From: Ruditapes philippinarum
Taxonomy: Eukaryota
Length of the DNA: 64,000 nucleotides
Direction of reading: 5' to 3'
Assembly: GCF_026571515.1 (NCBI RefSeq)
Contig: NW_026862013.1
Location: 186,001-250,000 of the forward strand
Part shown: one piece after another, positions 62,529 through 64,000 of the stretch
How positions within the stretch are numbered: position 1 is the stretch's first letter
Layout: each line of letters starts with the position of its first letter
Translations under genes and position numbers: made by a program
Notes under the pieces: generated by a model
Databases searched by the model: none
What the model was told of the DNA's origin: nothing
The model's input: only the letters and a program-made list of their open reading frames with translations

Positions 62529-64000
62529 ATGAATTTAACAACTTCAAGTTACTCAAACATGCTGGGAGGTATGTGGGGGCCAGAAGGAAGCGAAATTAAC
62601 GAAAGGTTAAAAAGACTTGAGCAGTTACAACAAATGCGGAAAGAACGAGAAGCAAAACTTAGAAATGACTTTAAAAGTGCCGAGACAGGTGTCAATATTG
62701 TAAGGACTGAAAGGATAAAATCATCTGATATTGATTCAGAAAACCCATCAGGATATAGATTTCGTAGAACAATGTCAATGCGTGAAAATGAAACTGATAG
62801 ATACGGTGGTGCAAGACCTAAAATGGGCAGCTTTAGCTTGTTTGGACAGGACGATAATCAAGAGACTGATGGTAATCCAAAAACCATATTTAGTGGGATT
62901 GTTTCATCAGTGTTAGGTACCAGAAAACCTCTTAGAGCAGACTATTCAAGCAGGAGCAGGCTTGGTAGCGGGGATTCAGACTCTTCAGACACAACTTCAA
63001 CTTCATCGTACAGATATGACTTTTCTCGACCAAACGTTACTGAAAATTCTTATAGTAGCTCTTACTCCAGGCCAGAAGAAAGCAAAGACAGAAACATTTT
63101 TTCAGGAATTACAAAAAAAGGCATGAATAGGCCTGGCTATGAAAGTAGTTCATACAGCAGGAGAATGAATACTGAGATACCAAGAGTGAATGATGAACAA
63201 AATAGCTATGATGGTGATGAATATAGTAATGAGCAAACATCTAATGAGAATGAAGATGTTAACACTGAACATTTTGAAAGTCATGAGATAGAGGACCATG
63301 ATGAAGAACCTAAATATTTCATAGAGAGGCTGAAAAATGGAAATGGTAATTCCCAAAGTGAAACAAATGGATATGGACATTCTATACCAGCAGTTCCCCC
63401 TTACAATGGTGATGATTCAGAAGTTGAAACTTCTGAGGTTTATTATGAAGATCTTCACAACTCATGTATACAGCCAGAAGATGACATTTTGTCTGTCGCC
63501 CAAGAAATAAGTACTACTTTTGGAAACCTTAAGAGTCCAACTTACTTGACACCTAAAAACAGTAGTCAGAAAAGTTATTCCAGTAAAAGGTTCAGTGATG
63601 AAAAAATGAATTCAAATGGTGGTGTAGAGGATCCGGATGTTTCTGTGACATATGTTTTACAAGAAGCTGATTATGACAGTGAGGGAGATGAGGAAGGGAA
63701 AACATTACCTGTGAGAGAAAGTATGTACATTGCTAGTACCACTGAATGGAATGCCTTAGATCAGACACAAGGAAAGCTTGACGAAATGCATGAATTCTTT
63801 ACCGGAGAGGCCCCAAATGAAGATCCAAACATTTCAAGAGAGCTTGATGGGGGTAAAGTGAAAGCTGAACTTGAGAAAAGCTTCTCAACACCAAAGACTA
63901 GTACTAAAGTTAATGGAAATAAAACCCCAACCAGTGTGAAAAAGAGTGCAAAGAAAGGAAGTGCTGTGAAAAGAAGTAAGTCCCCATTAGATAAATTGAA
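62529..64000 (+). CDS. Large uninterrupted ORF (at least 490 aa, runs off the window): MNLTTSSYSNMLGGMWGPEGSEINERLKRLEQLQQMRKE...
   Basis: Manual translation shows no stop from ATG 62529 to 64000; an in-frame TAA at 62520-62522 precedes it. Absent from the ORF track, presumably because it has no stop in the window. Confidence 0.9.
   Translation, partial: MNLTTSSYSNMLGGMWGPEGSEINERLKRLEQLQQMRKEREAKLRNDFKSAETGVNIVRTERIKSSDIDSENPSGYRFRRTMSMRENETDRYGGARPKMGSFSLFGQDDNQETDGNPKTIFSGIVSSVLGTRKPLRADYSSRSRLGSGDSDSSDTTSTSSYRYDFSRPNVTENSYSSSYSRPEESKDRNIFSGITKKGMNRPGYESSSYSRRMNTEIPRVNDEQNSYDGDEYSNEQTSNENEDVNTEHFESHEIEDHDEEPKYFIERLKNGNGNSQSETNGYGHSIPAVPPYNGDDSEVETSEVYYEDLHNSCIQPEDDILSVAQEISTTFGNLKSPTYLTPKNSSQKSYSSKRFSDEKMNSNGGVEDPDVSVTYVLQEADYDSEGDEEGKTLPVRESMYIASTTEWNALDQTQGKLDEMHEFFTGEAPNEDPNISRELDGGKVKAELEKSFSTPKTSTKVNGNKTPTSVKKSAKKGSAVKRSKSPLDKL

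Overview
AT-rich eukaryotic genomic DNA with GT-AG spliced genes, SINEs, MITEs and minisatellites. The repeat families and the TRIM/NHL-like gene suggest a bivalve mollusc (inference). Reading exons by hand gives four gene units. (1) A six-exon PPP4R2 (protein phosphatase 4 regulatory subunit 2) gene on the minus strand (ATG 17391 to about 4117), whose exon 3 is frame-disrupted in a stretch that looks like poor-quality consensus. (2) An intronless coiled-coil + NHL beta-propeller (truncated TRIM-like) gene nested antisense in PPP4R2 intron 5. (3) A divergently transcribed, unidentified plus-strand gene (coding exons 36889-36969, 38751-38942, 40762-41914) with a helical N-terminus and two WH2/beta-thymosin-like motifs. 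(4) Two very large uninterrupted low-complexity ORFs downstream (45962-49318, and 62529 to beyond the window end; the second is missing from the ORF track). These two ORFs share an N-terminal INxRLxR[IL]xxLxxxRxE helix and other collinear short motifs, the best candidate here for something undescribed. Non-coding DNA includes Helentron-type MITEs with internal satellite arrays (one carrying many AGGTCA direct repeats), a tandem array of three tRNA-like Pol III units, a tRNA-Pro relic and several SINEs with target-site duplications. No CRISPR, rRNA or autonomous transposon is supported.
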